The notes under the pieces: model-generated | Databases searched by the model: none | The model's input: only the letters and a program-made list of their open reading frames with translations | Told to the model about the DNA's origin: nothing | From: Welwitschia mirabilis | Taxonomy: Eukaryota | NCBI GenBank assembly: GCA_051453625.1 | Contig: JBOZIK010000001.1 | Coordinates: 13,495,966 to 13,529,651 of the forward strand | Reading direction: 5' to 3' | Length of the DNA stretch: 33,686 nt | Position numbers and translations under genes: made by a program | Shown here: positions 1-11,857 of the stretch, in pieces | Numbering within the stretch: position 1 is the first letter of the stretch | How the letters are laid out: the number at the start of each line of letters is the position of its first letter

Positions 1-81
1 GCCGACAAAATGGCGACATGTCTCCCCGACACGACTTTTTGAGTCCGCCGACATTTTGATTTGCCGACATTTTAATCTATG
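1..81. mobile_element. Right end of a hAT-type non-autonomous DNA transposon (MITE), truncated by the window edge
   Basis: Repeated (G)CCGACA/GCGACA subterminal motifs end in ATTTTAATCTATG (revcomp CATAGATTAAAATGTCGGC), which resembles the CATAGTTTTAAAATG terminus at 13772. Copia RT sequence starts immediately at 82. Confidence 0.65.
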
Positions 82-1010
82 CTTACATGTACCTTTAACA
101 TATTTAAGAATCCTTCTAGTTGTCGCCAAGTATGACTTCTTTGTCATAGCTTGATATCTTGCACAGACTCTGATGCTAAATGTTATATCTGGCTTGCTAG
201 TAGTTAGATATAACAAGCTTCCAGTAATGCTTCTATATAACTTTTGATCAATGTCATTACATTGTTCATACTTATCTAGTTTTGTGTTAATACACACTGG
301 AGTACTTATTGTTTTAGCATTTTTTCATACCAAACTTTTTGATCAAATCTAAATCACATTTACTTGCGAACTAAATATACCTTTTTCACATTGCTTTATT
401 TGAAGTCCTAGAAGCATGTTGACTTCGCCTACCATGCCCATTTCAAAATTTGATCTCCTCAATTTGGCAAATTCCAAGGAGAGTCATTCATTAGAAGATC
501 CCAAAATAATATCGTCTACATAGATTTGAATAAGTATAAATTCATTTTTGATAAATTTTCTAGAGCCTTATCTATGCTTCCTCTGATGTAACCATTTTCA
601 AGCAGAAAACTTGACAACATATCATACCAAGCTTTAGGGGAAAATATGGATCAACGAATCCTTTTGGTTGAGGCACATATACTTCTTCTTCTATGCTAGA
701 ATTCAACAAAGCACTTTTGACATCCATGTGAAAGATTTTAGATTCCTTGCAGCAAGCCAAGTCAAGGAATATCCTAATAGATCGTATTCTAGCCACTTGA
801 ACAAACATCTAACCAACATCAATACCTTTAATCTGTGAGTATCCTTGTGCCACAAAATGAGCTTATTTTTGGTGATAACATTTTTCTCATTAACATTGTT
901 CTTATACACCCATTTAGTCCTAATGATATCTTTGTCTGATGGTTCAAGAACAAGTTCCTATACTTGATTTCTCCTAAAATGTTCAAGTTCTTCTCACGTA
1001 GCATGAACAC
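82..1010 (-). pseudogene. Copia reverse transcriptase remnant
   Basis: Fragments YKNNVNEKNVITKNK, FHMDVKSALLNSSIEEEVYVPQPKGFVDP, QIYVDDIILGS (~500-530) and RRILKYVKGT (~90-120) match copia RT motifs; frameshifted and with internal deletions. Confidence 0.9.
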
Positions 1011-1433
1011 ATTCATGATCTTTCCAGCCTCTTCATAAGTCTCTGGCTTAGTCTTTGAAACAAATAAAACATGAGCATTGAAATTTTTGAAAGCACTCCT
1101 GGTACTTACTCCTTGGTCAACTTGACCAACAACTGAGTCTAGAGGATGATCATTTAGCTCTATGGTGTTAGAACTTACTTTAGACCTAGCATAAACTTTG
1201 TATGTAAAAAGAAAAAAGAAAAAAAACTGAGTAGAGTTACTAGCTGTATCATCATCTTTGCCACTTATTTGAGCATTATCAACTTTTCTATTAATAGATT
1301 CTTCAACTATTAGGGTTCTTTTATGGAACATTATATAAGCTCTATTAGTTAAAGAATAGCCCCAAAAAATTACTATGTTTAGACTTTAAATCAAATTTGC
1401 AAAATTTGCTCCATCTTTTAATATAGAACATTT

Positions 1434-2140
1434 TCATCCAAAGGTTTTAGAGTAAGAAATATTTGATAACTGTCCATAATTTATACGATGTCTTTCGGTA
1501 CTTGGCCTCAAGTATACTTGATTAATGATATCACAAGATGTATTAATAGCTTTAGCCCAAATCTTCTTGGGAACATCCTTCTTGATTAGCATCACCCTTC
1601 CCATATCTAATAGAGCCTTCTTCCTCCTTTTAGCTATTGTATTTTGCTGAAGAGTTTTAGGTGCTGAACATTCATGCTCAATTCCATGATGAATACAATA
1701 ATTAATCAAATTTGTCGTTTTCAAACTCATGACCAATGTCACGTCTAGTTTTGTTAATAACATAACCTTCTTTAGTTTGAATCTTCTTACAAATTTTGGT
1801 AAAACCATCAAAAGTATCTGATTCAAAATGTAAAAAGCTAATCCAAGTAAATCTTAAAAAAGCATCCACCATGACTAGGAAATAATTTTTACCTACAAAA
1901 CTTAACATTTGAATTGGCCCTACTAATTCAATGTCAATCAAATCTAATGGAATAGAAGTTGTGATATCAGCTAATCAGCCTTGCTCTTATGTGAGAACAT
2001 GATTTGTTTACCGTTTTCACAAACATCACTATTAAATTGATTAGTAAAACGTATCTTAGGTAAACCTCTTACCAATTCACTTCTTGCAAGTTTCTTCAAG
2101 CTATCATAGTTAATGTGCCTAAGCCCTTGGCATCATAATA
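1434..2140 (-). pseudogene. Copia integrase remnant
   Basis: IDIELVGPIQMLSFVGKNYFLVMVDAFLRFTWISFL, RRDIGHEFEN, HECSAPKTLQQN and WAKAINTSC correspond to the rve core; split across frames. Confidence 0.9.
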
Positions 2141-2222
2141 CATCATCACTGAATTAAAGGATTAAGCATTCATCATCAGAAATTTGTTCTATGCAATAAG
2201 CATGTCTCATTTCTTTTTATTA

Positions 2223-2520
2223 TCAACAAACATTGTTAGAAGTACCATCTCTAATTTCACATTTGCAATTGTCCAAAATAACTTTGTGATGTTTGTCACA
2301 AATTTGACTAATACTCAAAAGATTGTGCTTGAAACCATGCACAAATAGAACATCATTTATTTTCAGTAAATTGCCTCCACCAGTGCTGCCAAGTCCTTCA
2401 ACTTTTGCTTTGCTATTGTCACCAAAGGTGACTTCTCCACCAGCAAAATCAGTTAAAACAATAAACCTTGATTTGCCATCTGTCATATGCCTACGGCAAC
2501 CACTATCTGAATAGCAACAA
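2223..2520 (-). pseudogene. Copia aspartic protease remnant
   Basis: CYSDSGCRRHMTDGKSRF...VTFGDNSKAKVEGLG...VLFVHGFKHNLLSISQICD corresponds to the copia WYLDSGCSRHMTG...NLLSISQLCD signature. Confidence 0.9.
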
Positions 2521-3089
2521 GCATTGTTAGTGGCCTTAATAGCTGTCTGAATTACGAAGCTTCCTAGGGTACCTATTTTGATCCATTAGCATGAAAGGTT
2601 CTTAAAGTAACCTTAGGAACAAATTTGAGCTGATTAAATGAATTATGATAAAAGTTTCTGATAAAACAATATATCTTAGGGTGTCCCTTTTATTATAGAA
2701 ATGACAAATCATATCAAAAATTGATTTTGAACAAGTGAAGTTAACTTTAGAAAAGTTGTTGAAGGTAGAAGACTGACCTTTTGATGGTTGAAAGCTCGAG
2801 GATGATTGTGAAAATGGTGCAGATGATTCATAACAAATTCCTATCTTCTCTCCAATCATTTATTTTTCAGTTCCAAGCATTGTATCAAGCTTTTCTTGTC
2901 CACAAGAAAAATTTTCCAACTTTGTTCTCATCTAGCCTAATTGTCCAACCATCATTTTTCTAATCGACAAGCGTTCAATAATTTAGGCAGTTCTTACTTC
3001 TCATCATCTAGAGTTTTAATTTTCCTTTTTTAAGTTTTTACTTTATTGGCTAAATTTTGACAACTCTTGTACAATTCTAATTGAATATC

Positions 3090-4192
3090 TTATGTTTCTA
3101 ATTCATTATCTAAAAGGAAGTCATTATTTGTACATACCTTATCCTTAGAAGTAACAAAGGATGTGGAAGATATTCTCCTACTTTCACTGTCTGATGAATT
3201 CTGTTCTTCAACTTCAACGTTATTACCCCAAGCAACAGTAGGTGCCTTATTGCCTTTCTTTTTGCCCTCCCTTTTGTTGTTTAGACATTCATGATGCATG
3301 ACCAAAAGCTTTACAAGTGTAGCACTTTATTTCTTTCTTCTTTTCATTTACTTTCTTTAGATTTTGCCTCTTGCTACTATCACCATTTCTTCTTCATAGA
3401 AATCTTCTGAATGTCCTTGAAAGAAAAGCCAACCTTATCATCACTCTTCATTTCTTGATTAGAATGGTCCTCCACCTCTCTTACATTATCCTGGGAAGCT
3501 TTAAGGCTATACTCTTCTTTTTACTTCTACCAATTTTCAATTCACAAGTATGCAAATTTCCTTTAAGCTCATATAGGTTTCATAATACTTAGGTCTTTTT
3601 TCTCTGCTATAGCTGTGAACTTGGATTCATATCCCTTTGGAAGAGATGTGAGAACTTTCTAACTACTCTAAATTCATCCATCTCCTCTCCTAACAGCTTA
3701 AGCAAGCATAAAATTAACAATATCAAATAATCTAGTAAAGAAATCATTGATACCTTGGTCTTCTTGCATTTTTATATCTTTAAATTAAGTGACGAGAATT
3801 TGAATTCTTGCTCACTTGACCAAATTTGTTCATGGGTTGTTTCCAAGGTGCCCCATGCTTCTTATGGTTGTTGTGCAATAAATTGTTATCTTGAATTCAT
3901 CGACACCAACAACACAATAAATTGCATTCAGAGTCTTGAAGTTAAGATTGACACTTGACAATATTCTTTTCTTCCACAGACCAATTGTCTTAGCCTTCAA
4001 CATGATGTTTCCTGAAGAATATGTAATAGTGGAAACAAAATACCCATTTTGAACTATCTCCCAAATACCTATGTCTATGGATTGCAGAAAAACCCTCATC
4101 TTTTGGCCTTCTAATAGGCAGAGTTTGACCCATTCAATAATGAAGGCCTTGATATAGGAATACCCCTCTGCACTCGGATTCATAAATAGCAT
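3090..4192 (-). pseudogene. Copia gag remnant (capsid-like region plus CCHC knuckle)
   Basis: MRVFLQSIDIGIWEIVQNGY, NFKTLNAIYCVVGVDEF, and a frameshifted zinc knuckle KCYTCKAFGH near 3290-3330. Confidence 0.85.
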
Positions 4193-4235
4193 TAACTAAG
4201 CAACAAATTTGTTGCAATCTTTAAGTGCTCCACCT

Positions 4236-4249
4236 TGGCTCTGGTACCA
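4236..4249 (-). promoter_or_regulatory. Primer binding site (initiator tRNA-Met type) of the copia element
   Basis: Minus strand reads TGGTACCAGAGCCA versus canonical TGGTATCAGAGCCA; lies between the LTR end and gag. Confidence 0.85.
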
Positions 4250-4478
4250 ATTAATACAGTCAACCTTAGTGGGGGATTAATAGGGTTTATCTAGATTAAA
4301 TCTAAAAGGAATATCGGTAGCAAAATTTAAAATCTTTGTGTATATGAATCTAATCACTTAAATAATAATGCAAAGAAAATTCTAATCACATGCACACCAA
4401 AATTTTAAAGTGGATTAGGTACAAAATACAACCTTAATCCACTCTTCAGCCTCAAGTTAATGAAACTTAGGTTAGATT

Positions 4479-4536
4479 CAATTCCAAGCAAGGAGGTTTT
4501 CTAGCTCCAATTCCAAGCAAGGAGGTTTTCTAGCTC
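4479..4536. repeat. Perfect 29-bp tandem duplication inside the LTR
   Basis: CAATTCCAAGCAAGGAGGTTTTCTAGCTC x2. Confidence 0.95.
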
Positions 4537-5442
4537 TATCAACAACCTTTTACATGTAGGGATGTAGAGGCCAAACCGACAACCCCTGTATCAATAGCAT
4601 AACTAAATGGAGAGTGTACCTAAGTACCTTGATTCATTTGTTTGATTTATGCGAGATGCTTGTAGTGAGTAGATGTGATGGGTAGAAATTAGAGTGAAAT
4701 TGGTATTACGAATTGAAAGCAGAGAATAATTTGAAAGCTAGAAGTAAAACATACTAGAGTAAGTGGGAATTAAGATTTGTGATTGAGATCTAAAGAAATT
4801 TATACACTCAAATAGAATATGCTGATTTTTGTAACTAAACCTTGAAGATTTGTGGACTTCCCTTACAAAGATCTTATTTGATCTCAATGATTTTGAAGTC
4901 AAAAATTTCACTATTAGATCATCTTCAATTGCCCAAACGTATTATTCAGTCACCCACGTAGAAACCTATTTTGTCAAGTCAAAAAGCAAACAAATTTGGT
5001 CGCCTACAGCTATGCATCGATCAACCCGATAAACCAATCTCGAAATGCACATCTGATCAGCCACAACTTGAGTTCAATTAACCCAAGTCAAATCAATTTC
5101 TAACAATTCTGTAAATTTAATTCTAACACCCCAATAAGCACTTTAGTGATGAAGATCCGAAATGAAATTAAAACATTTATCTTAACTATTCATAAACTTG
5201 GTTTTTAGTAATTCTAATACCATTAAGGACATCAATGACAACTTTAAACATAAATATTAACGAGGATCACCAAGAGTGTAAACTTTGTCGCATCACAGGG
5301 ATGAAAACTTTGTCACATCATCACGTTTATACTTGAAAGTCGCATCACTTACATTTCCATGGTCGACATGTTGCAATCTACTAATATGGTTCATAAAGTT
5401 TGTTCAAGTTTCATCTAGTCAGCTCGTTTCCTTACAAAGATG

Positions 5443-5496
5443 TAGTTTACTATCGTAGAGTGGCCACTTTAGTTTACTACCCTAGAGTGGCCACTT
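5443..5496. repeat. 27-bp tandem duplication
   Basis: TAGTTTACTATCGTAGAGTGGCCACTT / TAGTTTACTACCCTAGAGTGGCCACTT (2 mismatches). Confidence 0.9.
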
Positions 5497-6742
5497 AGTC
5501 ATCTTTCGTGTAAGGTATAAAATATCCAAAAAACTCTAGCACACCACAACTACAAATCACACCACTCATCCTCTTAACCTAAAGGCCCATGGTACTAGCA
5601 ATTTTGAGGCCACATATTGAACTAGGACATTACTCAATTGGTGTCGCTCTAACTATTCCTTAAAGACCTATGCTTTGGTTGTGCCAAAGGGGCTTTCTAT
5701 ATTTAACCCACCCTAACAACCTCTATGCTAAAAGGATATCCCTATGACATACTACACAAAATGTTTCTAGTGAACAAAATCCCTACTATGCTTTGTGAAT
5801 TAATCCTAGCACCTCTATTTTAGTATGCACCTCAAATTGGCATCAAAAAAAGACTTTTATACACATAGTCAATCAACACCTTGGGTATACCTTACTAGGA
5901 CCCATAGATATAAAAAGGATGACATGTTTCCAAAATTGAGCAACAAATAGCCTAATAAACATTTAAGGTTTGTCCTTTGTGAGGCAACATTTTCCCATGA
6001 TATTTTCAAAAAGTCCCTGCCATGTCACCGTGAGTAAAAGTAGGTGACATGTCACAACTTAAAATGTTGCATGCAGGGAACAAAAACTAAAGAATAAAAA
6101 GAATTGCAAAGGGCATATTTGGCTTGTAACTCATGCCACATCAAGTTTTTGTTAAATTGCTTAATTTTAGTTCTTTTTATCTTACAATATTTTATACATC
6201 TTGTTGAATTAACGATTCCCACATTTTTTAAAAACAATTGTCAATATTTTACACTAACATTTTGTGCTGACATGTAAACGCCACATAAAGTAATAGTTGA
6301 CATTTATGTCAGTGCTAGGACCCCAAGTACTTATTTGTTCCAAAAATTCACTATCACCAATTCCCACTACCCACTTTCAATTATATCATTGTAATTAAGC
6401 ATTATGAATGCATGTACATCATGATTTACTAACTCCCTAAGTTCCTATTGAAGTCACTTCATCTCTCCATGGTCAGTCAGTTGGTCATCTTCAAGCAAAC
6501 TTCAAAAATAACCCTATTAAGAACACCTGGTAGCTAAAACTGCAGGAACTATGAGTTTCAATGCTAACATCGTGATAAGTTTGATCGCATGTGCAAAAGT
6601 CTGCATGCTCAACACCTGCCGGAGACTGGCAAATGGATGATCTAAAGTTGGTAATCTTTGTTTGGTCATCATTGATCTTAATGGTGGGTGCCCTCGCCTC
6701 ATGTTTTTGTGTATTCCATTCTAACAGCACCCNNNNNNNNNN

Positions 6743-8755
6743 CCAGATGTCCCCACTCCTTGCAGTTTAATTCTATAAGAGTTTGGCCTGTTAATAGGTG
6801 CGGATGTCCCCACTCAAGTAGCCCAAACGTCCCTACTCTTCGCAGATGATTTGTATGGCATTATGTGCTGTTAACAAATGCGAACATCCCCACTCAAGGA
6901 GCCTCGACACTCCCCGTCTTCTCAACTTGTTTGTATAAAGGACTAAACTGTTTATAGGTGTGGATGTCCCCACTATTTCAGTGCNNNNNNNNNNNNNNNN
7001 NNNNNNNNNNNNNNNNNNNNNNNNNNNNNNNNNNNNNNNNNNNNNNNNNNNNNNNNNNNNNNNNNNNNNNNNNNNNNNNNNNNNAAAAGGCCCAGATGTC
7101 CCCACTCCTTGCAGTTAATTCGATAAGAGTTTGGCCTGTTAAGAGGTGCGGACGTCCCCACTCAAGTAGCCCAAACGTCCCTACTCTTTGCAAATAATTT
7201 GTATGGCATTTTGTGTTGTTAACAAATGCGAACATCCCCACTCAAGGAGCCTAGACGCTCCCCTTCTTCTCAACTTGTTTATATAAAGGACTGAACTGTT
7301 TATAGGTGTGGATGTCCCCACTATTTTAGTGCAGATGTCCCCACTGCATCTGCACTGCTTCCCAACCCCTGGAAGTGCATTTTGTGTACACAANNNNNNN
7401 NNNTTTAGTGCGGACATTCCCACTCATTGAGGGTGGATGTCCCCACTCTTGAACCGATGTAAAATGGCTATTTTTTTATGAATCTTATTGTGATTTCAAT
7501 AGTATGTTTTGGCACAAATTTTAAGACTGATTTGGTGGAAGATATTCCTTGGATCTAAGCCTAGATTGGCAGCTAATAAAATGAAGATTTGAATTCAAGA
7601 TCTCTTGGAAATATCAATCTGATATTTTCTAACAACTATCTGATGTGTGTTCTCTATAAAAAGAAGAAAGCTCAACATTTATAGTTAGTGAATGGATTGA
7701 TAGTAATTTTACATTGGATATCCTCTACCGTAGAAACCAATATTTGATTTATCTCTTTGCTGCAAACATCTTGTGAAATCNNNNNNNNNNNNNNNNNNNN
7801 NNNNNNNNNNNNNNNNNNNNNNNNNNNNNNNNNNNNNNNNNNNNNNNNNNNNNNNNNNNNNNNNNNNNNNNNNNNNNNNNNNNNNNNNNNNNNNNNNNNN
7901 NNNNNNNNNNNNNNNNNNNNNNNNNNNNNNNNNNNNNNNNNNNNNNNNNNNNNNNNNNNNNNNNNNNNNNNNNNNNNNNNNNNNNNNNNNNNNNNNNNNN
8001 NNNNNNNNNNNNNNNNNNNNNNNNNNNNNNNNNNNNNNNNNNNNNNNNNNNNNNNNNNNNNNNNNNNNNNNNNNNNNNNNNNNNNNNNNNNNNNNNNNNN
8101 NNNNNNNNNNNNNNNNNNNNNNNNNNNNNNNNNNNNNNNNNNNNNNNNNNNNNNNNNNNNNNNNNNNNNNNNNNNNNNNNNNNNNNNNNNNNNNNNNNNN
8201 NNNNNNNNNNNNNNNNNNNNNNNNNNNNNNNNNNNNNNNNNNNNNNNNNNNNNNNNNNNNNNNNNNNNNNNNNNNNNNNNNNNNNNNNNNNNNNNNNNNN
8301 NNNNNNNNNNNNNNNNNNNNNNNNNNNNNNNNNNNNNNNNNNNNNNNNNNNNNNNNNNNNNNNNNNNNNNNNNNNNNNNNNNNNNNNNNNNNNNNNNNNN
8401 NNNNGTGGTCGAGTCTGAGCCAACAAAAAGACTCGTCGTTATAGAAGGTTGATGATGAGCCAGAAATCATCTCTGTTGTAGAGGGTTGATGATAAGCCAT
8501 AAATCACCTCTGTTGTAAAGGGTTGATGATCAGCCAGAAAATCATCAGTTGAAGAGATTGAAAGGAACTAGGGAAAGAGAATCATTTATCTCTCCCTGAA
8601 AAGTGGAGTAGCCAGATTGCTGAGCCACTACAAAATTCTGGTGTGCTAGTCTTTTCTTCTTTGCATTAGTTTTATTTGTTATTGATCTTTACATGCAAAG
8701 CAGATTCTTTGTTTAAGGGTACACCCCCCCGGGATTTTCAAAAACACCTATAACA
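6743..8755 (+). mobile_element. SIRE-type LTR (solo or 3' LTR; 5' end lost in a gap), same family as 31203-32423
   Basis: About a dozen GGATGTCCCCACT motifs, TATA-like CTATAAAAAG near 7655, colinear similarity to 31410-32423, and a C-rich stretch before the ...TAACA end at 8755. No PBS follows. Confidence 0.85.
8443..8546 (+). repeat. 37-bp tandem repeat, ~2.8 copies, within the LTR
   Basis: AGA(A/G)GGTTGATGATnAGCCAnAAATCAyCTCTGTTGT starting at 8443, 8480 and 8517. Confidence 0.9.
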
Positions 8756-9323
8756 AGACATAAAACATGATCTGTTAAGCATTTTTCATTAAAAGCACCA
8801 ATGTTTTTCAAGGTTGTATTGGGCTCTGTAAACAAGGTAACTTGTACTACCTACTATAATGGTATATAACTTATAATTCATAGCTGGTGAATTCCTACAT
8901 TACAATATTATATAAGTGTATATTAAAAACCATATCACAAATATGTAATCAAAATTCATAGTCAAGTTACTACAGTGAATGACCTTTGAAGCTTCAAACT
9001 AAACAAAGAGAACTTCACGAACAAATTCAGATAGAAATTCCAATCCAAAATTGTGGTTTAATTTGAGAACAAGCCTGCTTATTAGAAATTTTAATACAAG
9101 ATAAATGCATCTATTTGTTTGTATAATGTTCATATCTTCCAAGATCACCTAATTAGCAAACACAAGCATTCCACTCATGAACCCAAGATGTGAAAACAAA
9201 AATGATAACATGAAATGGACTCTTATTGGTAAACATGAAATGTTAGTGCAAAGTACAGAATAAAAAGGACATAACAATCTCGATATAAGAATGTTGGAAC
9301 AAGCTAGAGAAAGCTAGAGAAAC

Positions 9324-9415
9324 CTGTAGTTCCAACTGTATCAACAGACCCAGACTCCAAAACATGTCTTTCAACAGCCAATGCCAATTCTGCTGCTGCC
9401 AGACCTGCATCATTC
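9324..9415 (-). CDS. UAH: Single internal coding exon (92 bp) of ureidoglycolate amidohydrolase (peptidase M20 family, purine catabolism)
   Basis: Minus strand cag|G AAT GAT GCA GGT CTG...GGA ACT ACA G|gt encodes (R)NDAGLAAAELALAVERHVLESGSVDTVGTT(G). From memory this is close to plant UAH RNDAGLAAAELILAVEKHVLESESIDTVGTVG. Canonical AG/GT borders and no stop codon. Too short to appear in the ORF track. Confidence 0.88.
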
Positions 9416-9967
9416 CTGCCATTTCATGTAGTACTCAATATTACAACATTTGAACAATAATCCAGATATTAAATCCACTCTGGCTGAAACTATGCACGTT
9501 GTAATCATTATATGGTGTCTGACAAAAGTGTTAAGGTCATAAGTTACATACAACATTTCTAAAATTTCAGCTATTCAAATTTATTTGATCATGACCAAAG
9601 GAAATTTAAAAATCTCAGTATTATAACTAGATGCTAAAGCAATCTTTAAAAAGGATTGACGAAATTGATATACGATTCTTGAACCAACAATTGCAGAAAC
9701 AGAATACTAAATGATTCAAGCCATTATTGGCTAAATAGACAACATTTAAAATATTATAAACAACAAACCAAATCTTGAAAGATCAAACACGTATACAGAA
9801 ATATTGAAAAACAAATATGAATAAAAATAAAACACGTGTACAGAAACATCGAAAAACAAGTAAGAATATCCTTTTGCTATCAGTATATTTTGCATGTTTT
9901 CATTATTTTTCCATCTCTGTAACCATGATAGTAACACAAGTATACCTCCAATGCACCAATTTCCAGA

Positions 9968-10021
9968 AAGCTTCCTTTCAGTGATTCAGATTAGAAGCTT
10001 CCTTTCAGTGATTCAGATTAG
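9968..10021. repeat. Perfect 27-bp tandem duplication
   Basis: AAGCTTCCTTTCAGTGATTCAGATTAG x2. Confidence 0.95.
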
Positions 10022-11608
10022 TTAGGATCAAACTGAGGGTATAGAGGATGTCATTAAATAGATTTTTACAACAAATAAGGCAAATATGTAAAAAGCTTTT
10101 TGCATCTCTATCTTTACATGAGAAATCAAAACAACACGAAAATCGTAACTTACAATAATAAAATTAACAAATGACAGTGAATAGTGGAAATCTAAAACAT
10201 AGTCAATGTAAGCAAATTCTGCAACTCCAAGAATAATAAATAGTCAGATGTTTTAGCTTTCATACGCTTTATAGAAATAAGGTTAAAACCTAATTGGAGT
10301 TAAGAGCGAGTGCAGTTCAGAAAACACGTTTCCATATTTATAACCTGCTTAATAAAGAGCCTGATACTACATGCAGAAGTAGCTTATGAAAAGAAACATA
10401 GCTTTAGCCAAATATTTAGGGTATGTAGCCCATTACTTGAGTGATGTGTGAATTACAATTCATACCAGTTCTGAAGGACATAATCTTACTCTAATCAATG
10501 AATAAACACCCTGTGACACCATCTGGAAGAAAGAGATAGAAAGCGATCATGATAAAATAATAACTAAATACAAAGTAAAACAAAGGCCATAGACACAAGT
10601 GCATGCATAAATGATTCTCTTGCTCTAGATGGTTATCATTTCTTACGAAGTTCTCCCAAGGAGTTGTCATCCTCTAGGGCCTCCCATACCCCTTTGTATC
10701 CATGGCCAAGGTGATACTAGAATGAGACTTGCAATCAAACAGGGGTCTCTGTGACTAACCATCTAAGTGATTGTCATAACCTAAAGAGGGTCAGCCTTTC
10801 CTTGAAAATTCACCCATCACTCAGAAATATAAAACTTCAGGCATGTTAATTCCCCTTTACAGCACATTGCAAGGGTACTAAGTAACAATCAACAGGGGAT
10901 GAAACAAATGTGTGATGCCTAAAAACAACAGGTAACCCCATCAATGTTAAACATAACCACCACATTCATGCATATTCAAGGGCTTAGATCTGTTTCTATT
11001 CAAATTATAATGAGCAGAGTATAAATGGACATAACATTGGTTGATTCACCTTTAAATAGGGGTTGAACCTAAGTGTGACAAAAAGGTTTTAAGGAGATGT
11101 CTCATAAAGTTTTTCTCCTCTTCCAAGAGTTGATCCAATTGCATCATATAAATTGAAAAATAATTAACAAATGAGAGACACTGAAAATCAAGAAAGAAGA
11201 TGACACCAACATTTTATTGTGATTTAGCCCTTCTGCCTACATCCACTCTGAAATCCTAGCCAATGTGCTAGTTATCTTACAAGTAAAGCCTTTACAATTC
11301 ACAAAATAAGCTTCATCACTCTTAGCAGTACCATTGTAACTGCAAGACAATAACATTTCTATCTCTATTAACTCTTGCTATGGATATGAACCACACTAAT
11401 GTGGTGGCGTCCTTTTTAACTTTCTATGTCATGCTTTAACTTCAAAAGTTAGTATTTTCATTTTAATGAAATGGGGAAATGGATGTTGCAGACATAGCTA
11501 TTTCATGTAATTGCGGAAATAAAAAGGAATCTCAATTTATTAAAGCATCCAGTAGCAGTACATTGAAAGGTGGGTAGTGTATACAAAAGATGAAATCAAC
11601 AAATAAAC

Positions 11609-11745
11609 CTGGTCCATAGTGTAGTTGGTTCAACCTTTGTTTTAGAAATCGGGAACTTCAATATCTTGGGTTTGGTTCCTACAATGTGCAGTGCAAGAGT
11701 GAAATCTGCCTCTAGGAGGTCAACCCTATTTACAGTTTAACAAAA
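11609..11745 (+). mobile_element. Putative degenerate tRNA-derived SINE
   Basis: A-box-like TAGTGTAGTTGG (11617-11628) and B-box-like GGTTTGGTTCC (11669-11679) at Pol III promoter spacing; no clean cloverleaf and no clear TSD. Confidence 0.4.
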
Positions 11746-11857
11746 TGGATGAAGACAGGATCATCTGATAATAATTCTAGCTTGAATTTCGATTTGCTGA
11801 GTCTTTGGGAGGGCACACAACTTGAGATTTATGCCATTTGATGCTAGCAATAACAAG

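Larger units (their letters stand above)
82..5250 (-). mobile_element. Degenerate Ty1/copia LTR retrotransposon, SIRE/Maximus-like (5' LTR, PBS, gag-PR-INT-RT), 3' part cut by the MITE/window edge
   Basis: Copia domain order on the minus strand with many stops and frameshifts; Met-type PBS at 4236-4249; LTR 3' end resembles the SIRE CCTATTCACCCCCCCTCTAGG motif. The LTR 5' boundary (~5250) is approximate. Confidence 0.9.

Noticed and set aside
5900..6340. Mutator-like MITE (GCCACAT/TGACATG motifs)
   Set aside because: I could not define TIRs or a TSD by eye.
6430..6730. ORFs 6491-6730 and 6517-6702 as host exons
   Set aside because: No recognisable protein and no UAH similarity. The minus strand starts TGTTAG...CAATGATGACCAAAC, which looks more like an LTR 5' end.
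7709..8500. Long ORFs of 220-380 aa here and at 24133-25311
   Set aside because: They are translations of N gaps (poly-X) and carry no coding evidence.
11609..11690. Functional tRNA gene
   Set aside because: The B box is degenerate and no acceptor or anticodon stems can be drawn; treated as a possible SINE instead.
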